Shown: positions 12,101-24,929, counted from the stretch's first letter. The stretch: DNA of 64,000 nt from Rebecca billardiae RCC1528 (GCA_965240325.2 OZ251223.1:3782001-3846000); one strand, 5' to 3'. The notes: generated from the letters alone by a model not told the origin. Program-made: numbers and translations.

Positions 12101-15100
12101 CCGCCGCCATCGCCACCGCCGTCGCCACCACCGCCCAGCTCGCCACCGCCGCCACCGCCGTCGCCGCCGCCGAGCCCTCCGCCGAGCCCGCCGCCGCCAT
12201 CTCCGCCGCCGCCGCCGCCGCCATCGCCACCGCCGTCGCCACCACCGCCCAGCTCACCACCGCCGCCACCGCCGTCGCCGCCTCCGAGCCCGCCTCCGTC
12301 TCCGCCACCGCCGAGCCCGCCGCCGCCGCCGCCGCCGTCGCCGCCGCCGTCGCCTCCGCCACCCAGCTCGCCACCGCCGCCACCGCCGTCGCCGCCTCCG
12401 AGCCCGCCTCCGTCTCCGCCACCGCCGAGCCCGCCGCCGCCGCCGCCGCCGTCGCCGCCTCCATCGCCTCCGCCACCCAGCTCGCCACCGCCGCCACCGC
12501 CCTCGCCGCCGCCGAGCCCTCCGCCGAGCCCGCCGCCGCCATCACCGCCGCCGCCACCGCCGCCATCGCCGCCGCCGTCGCCACCACCGCCCAGCTCGCC
12601 GCCCCCGCCACCACCGTCGCCGCCGCCGAGCCCGCCTCCGTCTCCGCCACCGCCGAGCCCGCCACCGCCGCCGCCGCCATCGCCGCCGCCGTCGCCTCCG
12701 CCACCCAGCTCGCCGCCGCCGCCCCCGCCGTCGCCGCCGCCAAGCCCGCCCCCAAGCCCGCCACCACCGAGCCCGCCGCCGCCGCCGCCGCCATCGCCAC
12801 CGCCGTCGCCACCACCGCCCAGCTCGCCACCGCCGCCACCGCCGTCGCCGCCGCCAAGCCCGCCGCCGAGCCCGCCGCCGCCATCTCCGCCGCCGCCGCC
12901 GCCGCCATCGCCACCGCCGTCGCCACCACCGCCCAGCTCGCCACCGCCGCCACCGCCGTCGCCGCCGCCGAGCCCTCCGCCGAGCCCGCCGCCGCCATCT
13001 CCGCCGCCGCCGCCGCCGCCATCGCCACCGCCGTCGCCACCACCGCCCAGCTCACCACCGCCGCCACCGCCGTCGCCGCCTCCGAGCCCGCCTCCGTCTC
13101 CGCCACCGCCGAGCCCGCCGCCGCCGCCGCCGCCGTCGCCGCCGCCGTCGCCTCCGCCACCCAGCTCGCCACCGCCGCCACCGCCGTCGCCGCCTCCGAG
13201 CCCGCCTCCGTCTCCGCCACCGCCGAGCCCGCCGCCGCCGCCGCCGCCGTCGCCGCCTCCATCGCCTCCGCCACCCAGCTCGCCACCGCCGCCACCGCCC
13301 TCGCCGCCGCCGAGCCCTCCGCCGAGCCCGCCGCCGCCATCTCCGCCGCCGCCGCCGCCGCCATCGCCACCGCCGTCGCCACCACCGCCCAGCTCACCAC
13401 CGCCGCCACCGCCGTCGCCGCCTCCGAGCCCGCCTCCGTCTCCGCCACCGCCGAGCCCGCCGCCGCCGCCGCCGCCGTCGCCGCCGCCGTCGCCTCCGCC
13501 ACCCAGCTCGCCACCGCCGCCACCGCCGTCGCCGCCTCCGAGCCCGCCTCCGTCTCCGCCACCGCCGAGCCCGCCGCCGCCGCCGCCGCCGTCGCCGCCT
13601 CCATCGCCTCCGCCACCCAGCTCGCCACCGCCGCCACCGCCCTCGCCGCCGCCGAGCCCTCCGCCGAGCCCGCCGCCGCCATCACCGCCGCCGCCACCGC
13701 CGCCATCGCCGCCGCCGTCGCCACCACCGCCCAGCTCGCCGCCCCCGCCACCACCGTCGCCGCCGCCGAGCCCGCCTCCGTCTCCGCCACCGCCGAGCCC
13801 GCCACCGCCGCCGCCGCCATCGCCGCCGCCGTCGCCTCCGCCACCCAGCTCGCCGCCGCCGCCCCCGCCGTCGCCGCCGCCAAGCCCGCCCCCAAGCCCG
13901 CCACCACCGAGCCCGCCGCCGCCGCCGCCGCCATCGCCACCGCCGTCGCCACCACCGCCCAGCTCGCCACCGCCGCCACCGCCGTCGCCGCCGCCGAGCC
14001 CTCCGCCGAGCCCTCCGCCGCCATCACCGCCGCCGCCACCGCCGCCATCGCCGCCGCCGTCGCCACCACCGCCCAGCTCGCCGCCGCCGCCACCGCCATC
14101 GCCGCCGCCGAGCCCGCCTCCGTCTCCGCCACCGCCCAGCCCGCCGCCGCCCCCGCCGCCATCCCCGCCGCCGTCTCCACCGCCAAGTCCACCACCACCG
14201 AGCCCTCCTCCGCCGCCTCCACCGTCACCGCCGCCTTCTCCCCCTCCAAGCCCGCCACCGCCGAGCCCACCGCCGCCACCGCCGCCATCTCCACCACCGT
14301 CGCCACCACCGCCCAGCTCGCCACCGCCGCCACCGCCGTCGCCGCCGCCGAGCCCTCCGCCGAGCCCTCCGCCGCCATCACCGCCGCCGCCACCGCCGCC
14401 ATCGCCGCCGCCGTCGCCACCACCGCCCAGCTCGCCGCCGCCGCCACCGCCCTCGCCGCCGCCGAGCCCGCCTCCGTCTCCGCCACCGCCGAGCCCGCCG
14501 CCGCCCCCGCCGCCATCGCCGCCGCCGTCGCCACCACCGCCCAGCTCGCCACCGCCGCCACCGCCGTCGCCACCTCCGAGCCCGCCGCCGAGCCCGCCGC
14601 CGCCATCTCCGCCGCCGCCGCCGCCGCCATCGCCACCGCCGTCGCCACCACCGCCCAGCTCGCCACCGCCGCCACCGCCGTCGCCGCCGCCGAGCCCGCC
14701 GCCGAGCCCGCCGCCGCCATCACCGCCGCCGCCACCGCCGCCATCGCCACCGCCGTCGCCACCACCGCCCAGCTCACCACCGCCGCCACCGCCGTCGCCG
14801 CCGCCGAGCCCGCCGCCCAGCCCGCCGCCGCCATCACCGCCGCCGCCACCGCCGCCATCGCCACCGCCGTCGCCACCACCGCCCAGCTCACCACCGCCGC
14901 CACCGCCGTCGCCGCCGCCGAGCCCGCCGCCCAGCCCGCCGCCGCCATCTCCGCCGCCGCCACCGCCGCCATCGCCACCGCCGTCGCCACCACCGCCCAG
15001 CTCACCACCGCCGCCACCGCCGTCGCCGCCTCCGAGCCCGCCTCCGTCTCCGCCACCGCCGAGCCCGCCGCCGCCCCCGCCGCCATCGCCACCGCCGTCG

Positions 15101-18100
15101 CCACCACCGCCCAGCTCGCCGCCGCCGCCACCGCCCTCGCCGCCGCCGAGCCCGCCTCCGTCTCCGCCACCGCCGAGCCCGCCGCCGCCCCCGCCGCCAT
15201 CGCCACCGCCGTCGCCACCACCGCCCAGCTCGCCACCGCCGCCACCGCCGTCGCCGCCTCCGAGCCCGCCGCCGAGCCCGCCGCCGCCATCTCCGCCGCC
15301 GCCGCCGCCGCCATCGCCGCCGCCGTCGCCTCCGCCACCCAGCTCGCCGCCGCCGCCCCCGCCGTCGCCGCCGCCAAGCCCGCCCCCAAGCCCGCCTCCG
15401 CCGAGCCCGCCGCCGCCGCCGCCGCCATCGCCACCGCCGTCGCCTCCGCCACCCAGCTCGCCACCGCCGCCACCGCCGTCGCCGCCTCCGAGCCCGCCTC
15501 CGTCTCCGCCACCGCCGAGCCCGCCGCCGCCGCCGCCGCCGTCGCCGCCTCCATCGCCTCCGCCACCCAGCTCGCCACCGCCGCCACCGCCCTCGCCGCC
15601 GCCGAGCCCTCCGCCGAGCCCGCCGCCGCCATCACCGCCGCCACCACCGCCGCCATCGCCGCCGCCGTCGCCACCACCGCCCAGCTCGCCGCCCCCGCCA
15701 CCACCGTCGCCGCCGCCGAGCCCGCCTCCGTCTCCGCCTCCGCCGAGCCCGCCGCCGCCCCCGCCGCCATCGCCGCCGCCATCGCCACCACCGAGTCCAC
15801 CACCACCGAGCCCTCCTCCGCCGCCTCCACCGTCACCGCCGCCTTCTCCCCCTCCAAGCCCGCCACCGCCGAGCCCACCGCCGCCACCGCCGCCATCTCC
15901 ACCACCGTCGCCACCACCGCCCAGCTCGCCACCGCCGCCACCGCCCTCGCCGCCGCCGAGCCCTCCGCCGAGCCCGCCGCCGCCATCACCGCCGCCGCCA
16001 CCGCCGCCATCGCCGCCGCCGTCGCCACCACCGCCCAGCTCGCCGCCCCCGCCACCACCGTCGCCGCCGCCGAGCCCGCCTCCGTCTCCGCCACCGCCGA
16101 GCCCGCCACCGCCGCCGCCGCCATCCCCGCCGCCATCGCCACCACCGAGTCCACCACCACCGAGCCCTCCTCCGCCGCCTCCACCGTCACCGCCGCCTTC
16201 TCCCCCTCCAAGCCCGCCACCACCGAGCCCGCCGCCGCCACCGCCGCCATCTCCACCACCGTCGCCACCACCGCCCAGCTCGCCACCGCCGCCACCGCCG
16301 TCGCCGCCGCCGAGCCCTCCGCCGAGCCCGCCGCCGCCATCACCGCCACCGCCACCGCCGCCATCGCCGCCTCCGTCGCCACCACCGCCCAGCTCGCCGC
16401 CGCCGCCACCGCCGTCGCCGCCGCCGAGCCCGCCTCCGTCTCCGCCACCGCCGAGCCCGCCACCGCCGCCGCCGCCATCCCCGCCGCCGCCACCGCCGCC
16501 ATCGCCGCCTCCGTCGCCACCACCGCCCAGCTCACCACCGCCGCCACCGCCGTCGCCGCCTCCGAGCCCGCCTCCGTCTCCGCCACCGCCGAGCCCGCCG
16601 CCGCCCCCGCCGCCATCGCCACCGCCGTCGCCACCACCGCCCAGCTCGCCGCCGCCGCCACCGCCCTCGCCGCCGCCGAGCCCGCCTCCGTCTCCGCCAC
16701 CGCCGAGCCCGCCGCCGCCCCCGCCGCCATCGCCACCGCCGTCGCCACCACCGCCCAGCTCGCCACCGCCGCCACCGCCGTCGCCGCCTCCGAGCCCGCC
16801 GCCGAGCCCGCCGCCGCCATCTCCGCCGCCGCCGCCGCCGCCATCGCCGCCGCCGTCGCCTCCGCCACCCAGCTCGCCGCCGCCGCCCCCGCCGTCGCCG
16901 CCGCCAAGCCCGCCCCCAAGCCCGCCTCCGCCGAGCCCGCCGCCGCCGCCGCCGCCATCGCCACCGCCGTCGCCTCCGCCACCCAGCTCGCCACCGCCGC
17001 CACCGCCGTCGCCGCCTCCGAGCCCGCCTCCGTCTCCGCCACCGCCGAGCCCGCCGCCGCCGCCGCCGCCGTCGCCGCCTCCATCGCCTCCGCCACCCAG
17101 CTCGCCACCGCCGCCACCGCCCTCGCCGCCGCCGAGCCCTCCGCCGAGCCCGCCGCCGCCATCACCGCCGCCACCACCGCCGCCATCGCCGCCGCCGTCG
17201 CCACCACCGCCCAGCTCGCCGCCCCCGCCACCACCGTCGCCGCCGCCGAGCCCGCCTCCGTCTCCGCCTCCGCCGAGCCCGCCGCCGCCCCCGCCGCCAT
17301 CGCCGCCGCCATCGCCACCACCGAGTCCACCACCACCGAGCCCTCCTCCGCCGCCTCCACCGTCACCGCCGCCTTCTCCCCCTCCAAGCCCGCCACCGCC
17401 GAGCCCACCGCCGCCACCGCCGCCATCTCCACCACCGTCGCCACCACCGCCCAGCTCGCCACCGCCGCCACCGCCCTCGCCGCCGCCGAGCCCTCCGCCG
17501 AGCCCGCCGCCGCCATCACCGCCGCCGCCACCGCCGCCATCGCCGCCGCCGTCGCCACCACCGCCCAGCTCGCCGCCCCCGCCACCACCGTCGCCGCCGC
17601 CGAGCCCGCCTCCGTCTCCGCCACCGCCGAGCCCGCCACCGCCGCCGCCGCCATCCCCGCCGCCATCGCCACCACCGAGTCCACCACCACCGAGCCCTCC
17701 TCCGCCGCCTCCACCGTCACCGCCGCCTTCTCCCCCTCCAAGCCCGCCACCACCGAGCCCGCCGCCGCCACCGCCGCCATCTCCACCACCGTCGCCACCA
17801 CCGCCCAGCTCGCCACCGCCGCCACCGCCGTCGCCGCCGCCGAGCCCTCCGCCGAGCCCGCCGCCGCCATCACCGCCACCGCCACCGCCGCCATCGCCGC
17901 CTCCGTCGCCACCACCGCCCAGCTCGCCGCCGCCGCCACCGCCGTCGCCGCCGCCGAGCCCGCCTCCGTCTCCGCCACCGCCGAGCCCGCCACCGCCGCC
18001 GCCGCCATCCCCGCCGCCATCGCCACCACCGAGTCCACCACCACCGAGCCCTCCTCCGCCGCCTCCACCGTCACCGCCGCCTTCTCCCCCTCCAAGCCCG

Positions 18101-18916
18101 CCACCACCGAGCCCGCCGCCGCCACCGCCGCCATCTCCACCACCGTCGCCACCACCGCCCAGCTCGCCACCGCCGCCACCGCCCTCGCCGCCGCCGAGCC
18201 CTCCGCCGAGCCCGCCGCCGCCATCACCGCCGCCGCCACCGCCGCCATCGCCGCCGCCGTCGCCACCACCGCCCAGCTCGCCGCCCCCGCCACCACCGTC
18301 GCCGCCGCCGAGCCCGCCTCCGTCTCCGCCACCGCCGAGCCCGCCACCGCCGCCGCCGCCATCCCCGCCGCCATCGCCACCACCGAGTCCACCACCACCG
18401 AGCCCTCCTCCGCCGCCTCCACCGTCACCGCCGCCTTCTCCCCCTCCAAGCCCGCCACCACCGAGCCCGCCGCCGCCACCGCCGCCATCTCCACCACCGT
18501 CGCCACCACCGCCCAGCTCGCCACCGCCGCCACCGCCGTCGCCGCCGCCGAGCCCTCCGCCGAGCCCGCCGCCGCCATCACCGCCACCGCCACCGCCGCC
18601 ATCGCCGCCTCCGTCGCCACCACCGCCCAGCTCGCCGCCGCCGCCACCGCCGTCGCCGCCGCCGAGCCCGCCTCCGTCTCCGCCACCGCCGAGCCCGCCA
18701 CCGCCGCCGCCGCCATCCCCGCCGCCGTCTCCACCGCCGAGTCCACCACCACCGAGCCCTCCTCCGCCGCCTCCACCGTCACCGCCGCCTTCTCCGCCTC
18801 CAAGCCCGCCACCACCGAGCCCGCCGCCGCCACCGCCACCATCGCCGCCGCCGTCGCCACCACCGCCCAGCTCGCCACCGCCGCCACCGCCGTCGCCGCC
18901 GCCGAGCCCGCCGCCG

Positions 18917-18949
<33 letters not shown>

Positions 18950-19807
18950 CCGCCATCGCCGCCGCCGTCGCCTCCGCCACCCAGCTCGCCGCCGCCGCCA
19001 CCGCCGTCGCCGCCGCCGAGCCCGCCCCCAAGCCCGCCACCGCCGAGCCCGCCGCCGCCACCACCACCATCGCCGCCTCCATCGCCTCCGCCACCCAGCT
19101 CGCCACCGCCGCCACCGCCGTCGCCGCCTCCGAGCCCGCCTCCGTCTCCGCCACCGCCGAGCCCGCCGCCGCCGCCGCCGCCGTCGCCGCCGCCGTCTCC
19201 ACCGCCGAGTCCACCACCACCGAGCCCACCACCGCCACCGCCGCCTTCGCCGCCACCTATGCCCCCGCCGAGCCCACCGCCGCCGAGCCCTCCGCCGCCC
19301 CCGCCGCCCTCGCCGCCACCTATGCCACCGCCAAGCCCGCCGCCGCCGAGCCCTCCGCCACCCCCGCCGCCCTCGCCACCACCGATGCCACCGCCAAGCC
19401 CTCCGCCGCCGAGCCCTCCGCCGCCCCCGCCGCCCTCGCCGCCGCCGAGCCCGCCACCCGCGCCACCCGCGCCACCCCCGCCATGCAACGGCAACGGGGC
19501 AGTTCAGGCGACTGCGTACTCGGGCGGTCCTCCGACGGGCTACTCGTGCGTGCCGGACGACAAGGCGCCTCCCCGGCCGCGCGTGTCGAGTGTGCCTGAC
19601 GTGGTGGGTGCGCGTGACGAGGACGAGTGCGCTGCCGCGCTGTACAGCGCGTGCTCGGTGTTCAGCTTCTGGGCGGACACGGGCGAGTGCTACTGCTGCC
19701 CGGGCACGTTCACGCTCTACCCGCGCCCGTTTGCATCGCTGTGGGAGTCGGAGTGGGTCTGCCCGCCACCGCCTGCACCGCCGAGCCCGCCGCCGAGCCC
19801 GCCGCCG

Positions 19808-19840
<33 letters not shown>

Positions 19841-21460
19841 CCACCGATGCCACCGCCAAGCCCGCCGCCGCCGAGCCCTCCGCCGCCCCCGCCGCCCTCG
19901 CCACCACCTATGCCGCCTCCAAGCCCTCCACCGCCCAGCCCACCGCCGCCACCACCGCCTTCGCCGCCACCGATGCCACCGCCGAGCCCGCCGCCGCCCA
20001 GCCCTCCGCCGCCCCCGCCGCCCTCGCCACCACCTATGCCGCCTCCAAGCCCTCCACCACCCAGCCCACCGCCGCCACCACCGCCTTCGCCGCCACCGAG
20101 CCCGCCTCCGTCTCCGCCACCGCCGAGCCCGCCGCCACCCCCGCCGCCCTCGCCACCACCGATGCCACCTCCAAGCCCGCCGCCGCCCAGCCCTCCGCCG
20201 CCCCCGCCGCCCTCGCCACCACCGATGCCACCGCCAAGCCCGCCGCCGCCGAGCCCACCGCCGCCACCACCGCCTTCGCCGCCACCTATGCCCCCGCCGA
20301 GCCCGCCGCCGCCGAGCCCTCCGCCTCCCCCGCCGCCCTCGCCACCACCTATGCCGCCTCCAAGCCCTCCACCGCCCAGCCCTCCGCCGCCACCACCGCC
20401 TTCGCCGCCACCGATGCCACCGCCAAGCCCGCCACCGCCCAGCCCACCGCCGCCACCGCCGCCATCACCGCCACCGATGCCACCGCCAAGCCCGCCGCCG
20501 CCGAGCCCACCGCCGCCACCACCGCCTTCGCCGCCACCGATGCCCCCGCCGAGCCCGCCGCCGCCGAGCCCGCCGCCGCCCCCGCCGCCCTCGCCACCAC
20601 CGACGCCACCGCCAAGCCCTCCACCGCCCAGCCCACCGCCGCCACCACCGCCTTCGCCGCCACCTAAGCCCCCGCCGAGCCCGCCGCCGCCGAGCCCTCC
20701 GCCTCCCCCGCCGCCCTCGCCACCACCTATGCCGCCTCCAAGCCCTCCACCACCCAGCCCACCGCCGCCACCACCGCCTTCGCCGCCACCTAAGCCCCCG
20801 CCGAGCCCGCCGCCGCCGAGCCCTCCGCCTCCCCCGCCGCCCTCGCCACCACCTATGCCGCCTCCAAGCCCTCCACCACCCAGCCCACCGCCGCCACCAC
20901 CGCCTTCGCCGCCGCCGATGCCACCGCCCTCGCCCCCACCGCCCGCGGATGGCGGCGGCGGCCCTGGCGGCCCTGCGCCGCCACCCTCGCCGCCGCCCTC
21001 GCCACCGCCCTCGCCGCCGCCGCCTCCGTCACCGCCGCCGAGCCCGCCGCCGCCACCCCCGCCATGCAACGGCAACGGGGCAGTTCAGGCGACTGCGTAC
21101 TCGGGCGGTCCTCCGACGGGCTACTCGTGCGTGCCGGACGACAAGGCGCCTCCCCGGCCGCGCGTGTCGAGTGTGCCTGACGTGGTGGGTGCGCGTGACG
21201 AGGACGAGTGCGCTGCCGCGCTGTACAGCGCGTGCTCGGTGTTCAGCTTCTGGGCGGACACGGGCGAGTGCTACTGCTGCCCGGGCACGTTCACGCTCTA
21301 CCCGCGCGCGTTTGCATCGCTGTGGGAGTCGGAGTGGGTCTGCCCGCCGCCTCCGTCACCACCGCCCTCGCCCCCACCGCCCGCGGATGGCGGTGGCGGC
21401 CCTGGCGGCCCTGCACCGCCGCCGTCGCCGCCACCGTCGCCGCCGCCGGCGCCGCCGCCG

Positions 21461-21493
<33 letters not shown>

Positions 21494-24400
21494 CCACCCT
21501 CGCCGCCACCCTCGCCGCCACCCTCGCCACCGCCCTCGCCGCCGCCCTCGCCGCCGCCCTCGCCGCCGCCGAGCCCGCCGCCGCCGTCGGCCGTCGGCAG
21601 CGGCGCTGCCGAGCCCGCCCCGCCGCCCTCGCCGCCTCCGCCCGGCGACTGGATCGCGGAGGCGGTGGAGGCGCTGCTCGACCTGGGCGTGCTGCCGGAC
21701 GAGACGACCGACGCCTCCAGCGCGAGCCTCGGCGGCGTGGACGGCGGCCCCGGCGGCCTGGACGAGGCGTACGGCGAGGCGACCTACCGCGCCGACCGGA
21801 TCAACGAGGCGGTGGAGGACTTCATCTCGAGCCGGCTGGGCACGCTCGCGCCGGGCGAGACGTTCTCCACGACGGTGGACACGCAGCACGGCACCGCGGG
21901 CGTCACGCTGCGGGAGGTCGACCCGTCGACGTTTGGGCTGAGCGACCTGGTGGTCGTCTCGCCCGTGGTGCCCGTCGCCGACGACACCGCCGCCGCCACG
22001 TTCACGATCCCCGTGTCCACGCTCGAATTCATGCTGGGCCGCGGCATGCTCAACATCTCCAACTTCTCCGACATCCGCGAGATGCATATCTCGGTCGTGC
22101 TGTGGGAGAACAACTTCCGCGCGTTCGCGCCGCTCGAGGGGTACGCGCTCACGGACACGCTCACGAGCGTGGTCGTGTGGCTCAACGGCGCGCCGCTCAA
22201 GGTGGACTTCACGCAGTTCACGCAGCCGGGCGAGGCGCCGCCGGTCGTGCTGATCGAGCTGCCCGTCGACCCGGCCGAGCTGCCGCGCGACAACCAGGAC
22301 GGCTTCAGCTGCCGCTTCTGGGGCGGCGCGGCGTGGGACAGCGCGGGCTGCGTGGACGTGGGCGACCCCTTCGACGGCACCGTGCAGTGCGAGTGCACGC
22401 ACCTCACAGACTTCATCGCCGTGTACGAGGCGACGGCCGCGCTCACGGAGGACCCGTCGGTCGCGTCCACCGACCCGCCGCTCGAGGTGAACCAGATCAC
22501 GCTGGCGGAGGTCAACTTCTCGTACACGGCGCTGGTGATCCTGTTTGCGCTGCTGCTCACGTACCTCTCGCTCTACTACTGCGCGCACAGGCACGACCGG
22601 CACATCGAGCGCGAGCCGTTCGTGCCGCTGTGGAAGCGCAAGGAGGACGCCGGGCTGTGCTACGCGCTCGGCGCCGCGCTGATCGCGCGCTCGACCGTCT
22701 CGTGGTGGCTCGCGCGGCTGCCGGGCGAGCTGGACACGTCGCGGCAGCGCGTGACGGTGCTGTACAACACGCTGCTCGCCGAGCTGCTCCTCGTCGCGGT
22801 GTTCATCGGGCAGGACAACTCGCTCGCGCACCAGGTGCTCATGCTCGCCGCGGTCTCGATCGCGGCGGGCGTGCCCTTCGAGTTCGCCATCCACTTCCTC
22901 TTCCGCTGGGCGAACCGGCGCCGCCCGCTGCACCGGCTCAAGCGGCGGCTGATCAAAAAGTACAGCCGCGAGCTCAAGCACGAGACGCTGTGGCGCCGCT
23001 TCTGCGGCTGCTGCCGCTGCGCGCTGCCGTTCCGGCTGGCGGTCACGAAGCGCGAGGAGACGCCCTTCACGGCGGTCGGGCCGCCGCCGCCGCCGCCGCC
23101 AGCCGCGTCGCCGCCACCGAGCCCGCCGCCGCCGTCTCGTGCGCAGGGCACGCGCCTCGGCTCGCTCGTCGAGCGAGCGCGCGCGCAGCAGGCGGGCGCC
23201 GAGGTGGGCGCCGACGACCGGTCGGATTCGGATGACGAGGGCCCGACGTCCACCGCGCCCACCGCCGTGCGCGCCGCGCGCGGGCGCCGCGCGTCGGACC
23301 TCGGCCTGCCGGAGGACTGGCGCGACCTGATCGAAGAGCTGATCGCCGACGAGGACGACGAGAGTGAGACGTCGTCGGCCGTGCTGCCGCGCGGGCTGTC
23401 GTCGCGCAGCAACACGGCCTCCGAGGTCTCGGCGCCGTCGTACGGCGGCGCCGACGTGAAGGCCCTCGGCGCGCTGACCGATGACGGCAGCAGCGTGCCG
23501 CTCGCGCTGCTCACCAACGCGCACAAGCTGCTGTACGTCTGCCCGTCCAAGGTGGGCATCGCGCCGCGCAACGGCGAGCAGCTCGGCGACCTCGGCTCGC
23601 GCGACTCGATCCGGATGCCGGCCAAGGCGCTCATGTCCGTGCACACGCGCCGCGGCGAGATGGTCGGCTTCTTCGTGCACGTGGGCGTGGCGGACGCGAC
23701 CGAGGTGGCGCGGCAGCGCTTCCTCGAGCAGCGCGCCGCGATGGCGCGCCGCCGCCGCGGCCTCGTCAACCAGATCATGGGCACCGTCATGCCCGTGCGA
23801 CGCGCGCGGCAGGCGCACGTGGGCCACGGCGACGACGAGGGCGCGACGACGGAGCTCGGCCACACCTCGCACGCGGAGTACCGGCCGGCGCACGTACCCG
23901 ACCTGCGCTTCGTGCAGGCGCACCTCGTGTACCAGGCGGCCGACGCGCCCGCCAGCCAGGTGGCCACGCGCTACTACCACCTCAAGCCAAAGGCGGCCGC
24001 GCGGCTCGCCAAGAAGCGCAGCGCGATGGTGCACGTCGTGCCCTTCGGCTCGCCCTTTGTCGACGGCCGGCGCGTCGTCACCGACGACCTCTTCTGCGAG
24101 CCCGACGTGGCGCGTGCGCAGCTGCTCGCCTCGTACGAGAAGAAGCGGCACGAGCCCGTGATGCCCGCGACGCGCGCCCCGGCAGCGCCGCCAGTCGCGG
24201 CGCCCGCGACCGCCGCTCCCGGCGCTGCCGATGACGAGGTGGACTCGACGACGGCCGAGATCTGGGGCCACGCGCCTCGCGCCGCGCGCGCTGCGCCGCC
24301 GGCGGCTGCGCCGCCCTCGCCCACGCGCCGCCGCCTGCCCGGGCTGTTGTCGGACGTGTCCGAGGTCGAGGCGTACGCGCGCATCGACGAGAAGTCGCTC

Positions 24401-24739
24401 AAGGACGCAAAGCTGTGGTGGTCGATGCCGCGGCGGTGGAAGGTGCTGCTCGCGTGGAGCATGCACGCCATCCTCGGCATCGGCATGTGCGCAGTGATCA
24501 TCCTCTACTCGCTCACAAACCCCATCCTCAGGGACGTCGCCACGTGGTCGGGCCCGCTCGCCTCTACGCTTGTGCAGGCGCAGCTGATCAAGCTGGTCGT
24601 GATGGAGCCGGCCGTGGCGTTCGCGTCGCCCATCGCCAAGTTTGCGCTCCGGTGCCTGCCCGAGGAGGTGCAGGACATGATCACCGAGTACGTCATTGCA
24701 CCCATCACCCGGCTCTTCAATCTGTGCACATTCCAGTGA
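1..24739 (+). CDS. Giant (>8,170 aa) extensin-like Ser-Pro-rich cell-surface protein with GAIN/GPS domain and polycystin-1-like TM1-5. Exons <1/25-10116, 10228-10250, 10342-24739; probably 5'-partial.
   Basis: The frame is open from base 1. Splice sites AAG|GTAAGC (10117), GCGCAG|(10227), GG|GTGAGC (10251) and GCGCAG|(10341) join ORF 25..10155 to ORF 10265..24739 in frame (..PCTK-ANCGTLGG-RNIFFAGES). GPS motif CRFWGGAAWDSAGC..VQCECTHL|TDF at 22310-22414 is followed by five hydrophobic segments resembling PKD1 TM1-5. Confidence 0.85.
420..9315 (+). repeat. Coding tandem array 1: 114-bp unit encoding SSPPPPPPSPPPSPPPSPPPPSPPPPPPPSPPPSPPPP (38 aa), about 70+ copies
   Basis: The marker CCCAGCTC recurs at 781, 895, 1009... 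(period 114). Variation is almost entirely synonymous. Confidence 0.95.
10874..19483 (+). repeat. Coding tandem array 2: same 38-aa/114-bp unit, about 70 copies, with 354-bp higher-order repeats
   Basis: Same unit as array 1. The marker CCTTCTCCCCCTCCAAGC occurs at 15842, 16196, 17372, 17726, 18080 and 18434. Confidence 0.95.
19484..19762 (+). repeat. Cys-rich 93-aa domain, copy 1 (PAN/apple-like, tentative)
   Basis: CNGNG...DECAAALYSACSVFSFWADTGECYCC...WVC. Near-identical to 21065-21343. Confidence 0.8.
19763..21064 (+). repeat. Coding tandem array 3: 63-bp unit (M/T/K/S)PPPSPPPPSPPPPPPPSPPP
   Basis: A 21-aa period is visible in the ORF translation. Confidence 0.9.
21065..21343 (+). repeat. 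Cys-rich 93-aa domain, copy 2
   Basis: 279-bp duplicate of 19484-19762 at offset 1581. The only difference I can see is C19727/G21308 (Pro/Ala). Confidence 0.85.
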
Positions 24740-24864
24740 TGAGATCCCCATCGTGATGACAGCATGAATACTCAGAATAGTAGCTACTGCATGAACATCG
24801 TATCATGATCATCATTCATCCGACGCTCTACTTCGACGTTCTTTCTGACCATCACTTATAATAA

Positions 24865-24865
<1 letters not shown>

Positions 24866-24929
<64 letters not shown>
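24866..24929. repeat. (TA)n microsatellite
   Basis: Direct observation. Confidence 0.98.

Noticed and set aside
420-19483. Regular 114-bp periodicity as a CRISPR array or non-coding satellite
   Set aside because: There are no unique spacers, and variation is confined to third codon positions, so it is a coding repeat.
146-19599. Multi-thousand-aa Arg/His-, Ala- and Gly-rich ORFs in other frames and on the minus strand
   Set aside because: These are shadow ORFs: CCN/TCN/AGC repeats have no stops in other frames. Only the Pro/Ser frame is conserved at protein level and continues into real domains.
22500-24739. 7-TM adhesion GPCR
   Set aside because: I count only about five TM segments, in PKD1-like 1+2+2 spacing with a long loop; there is no 7-TM bundle.
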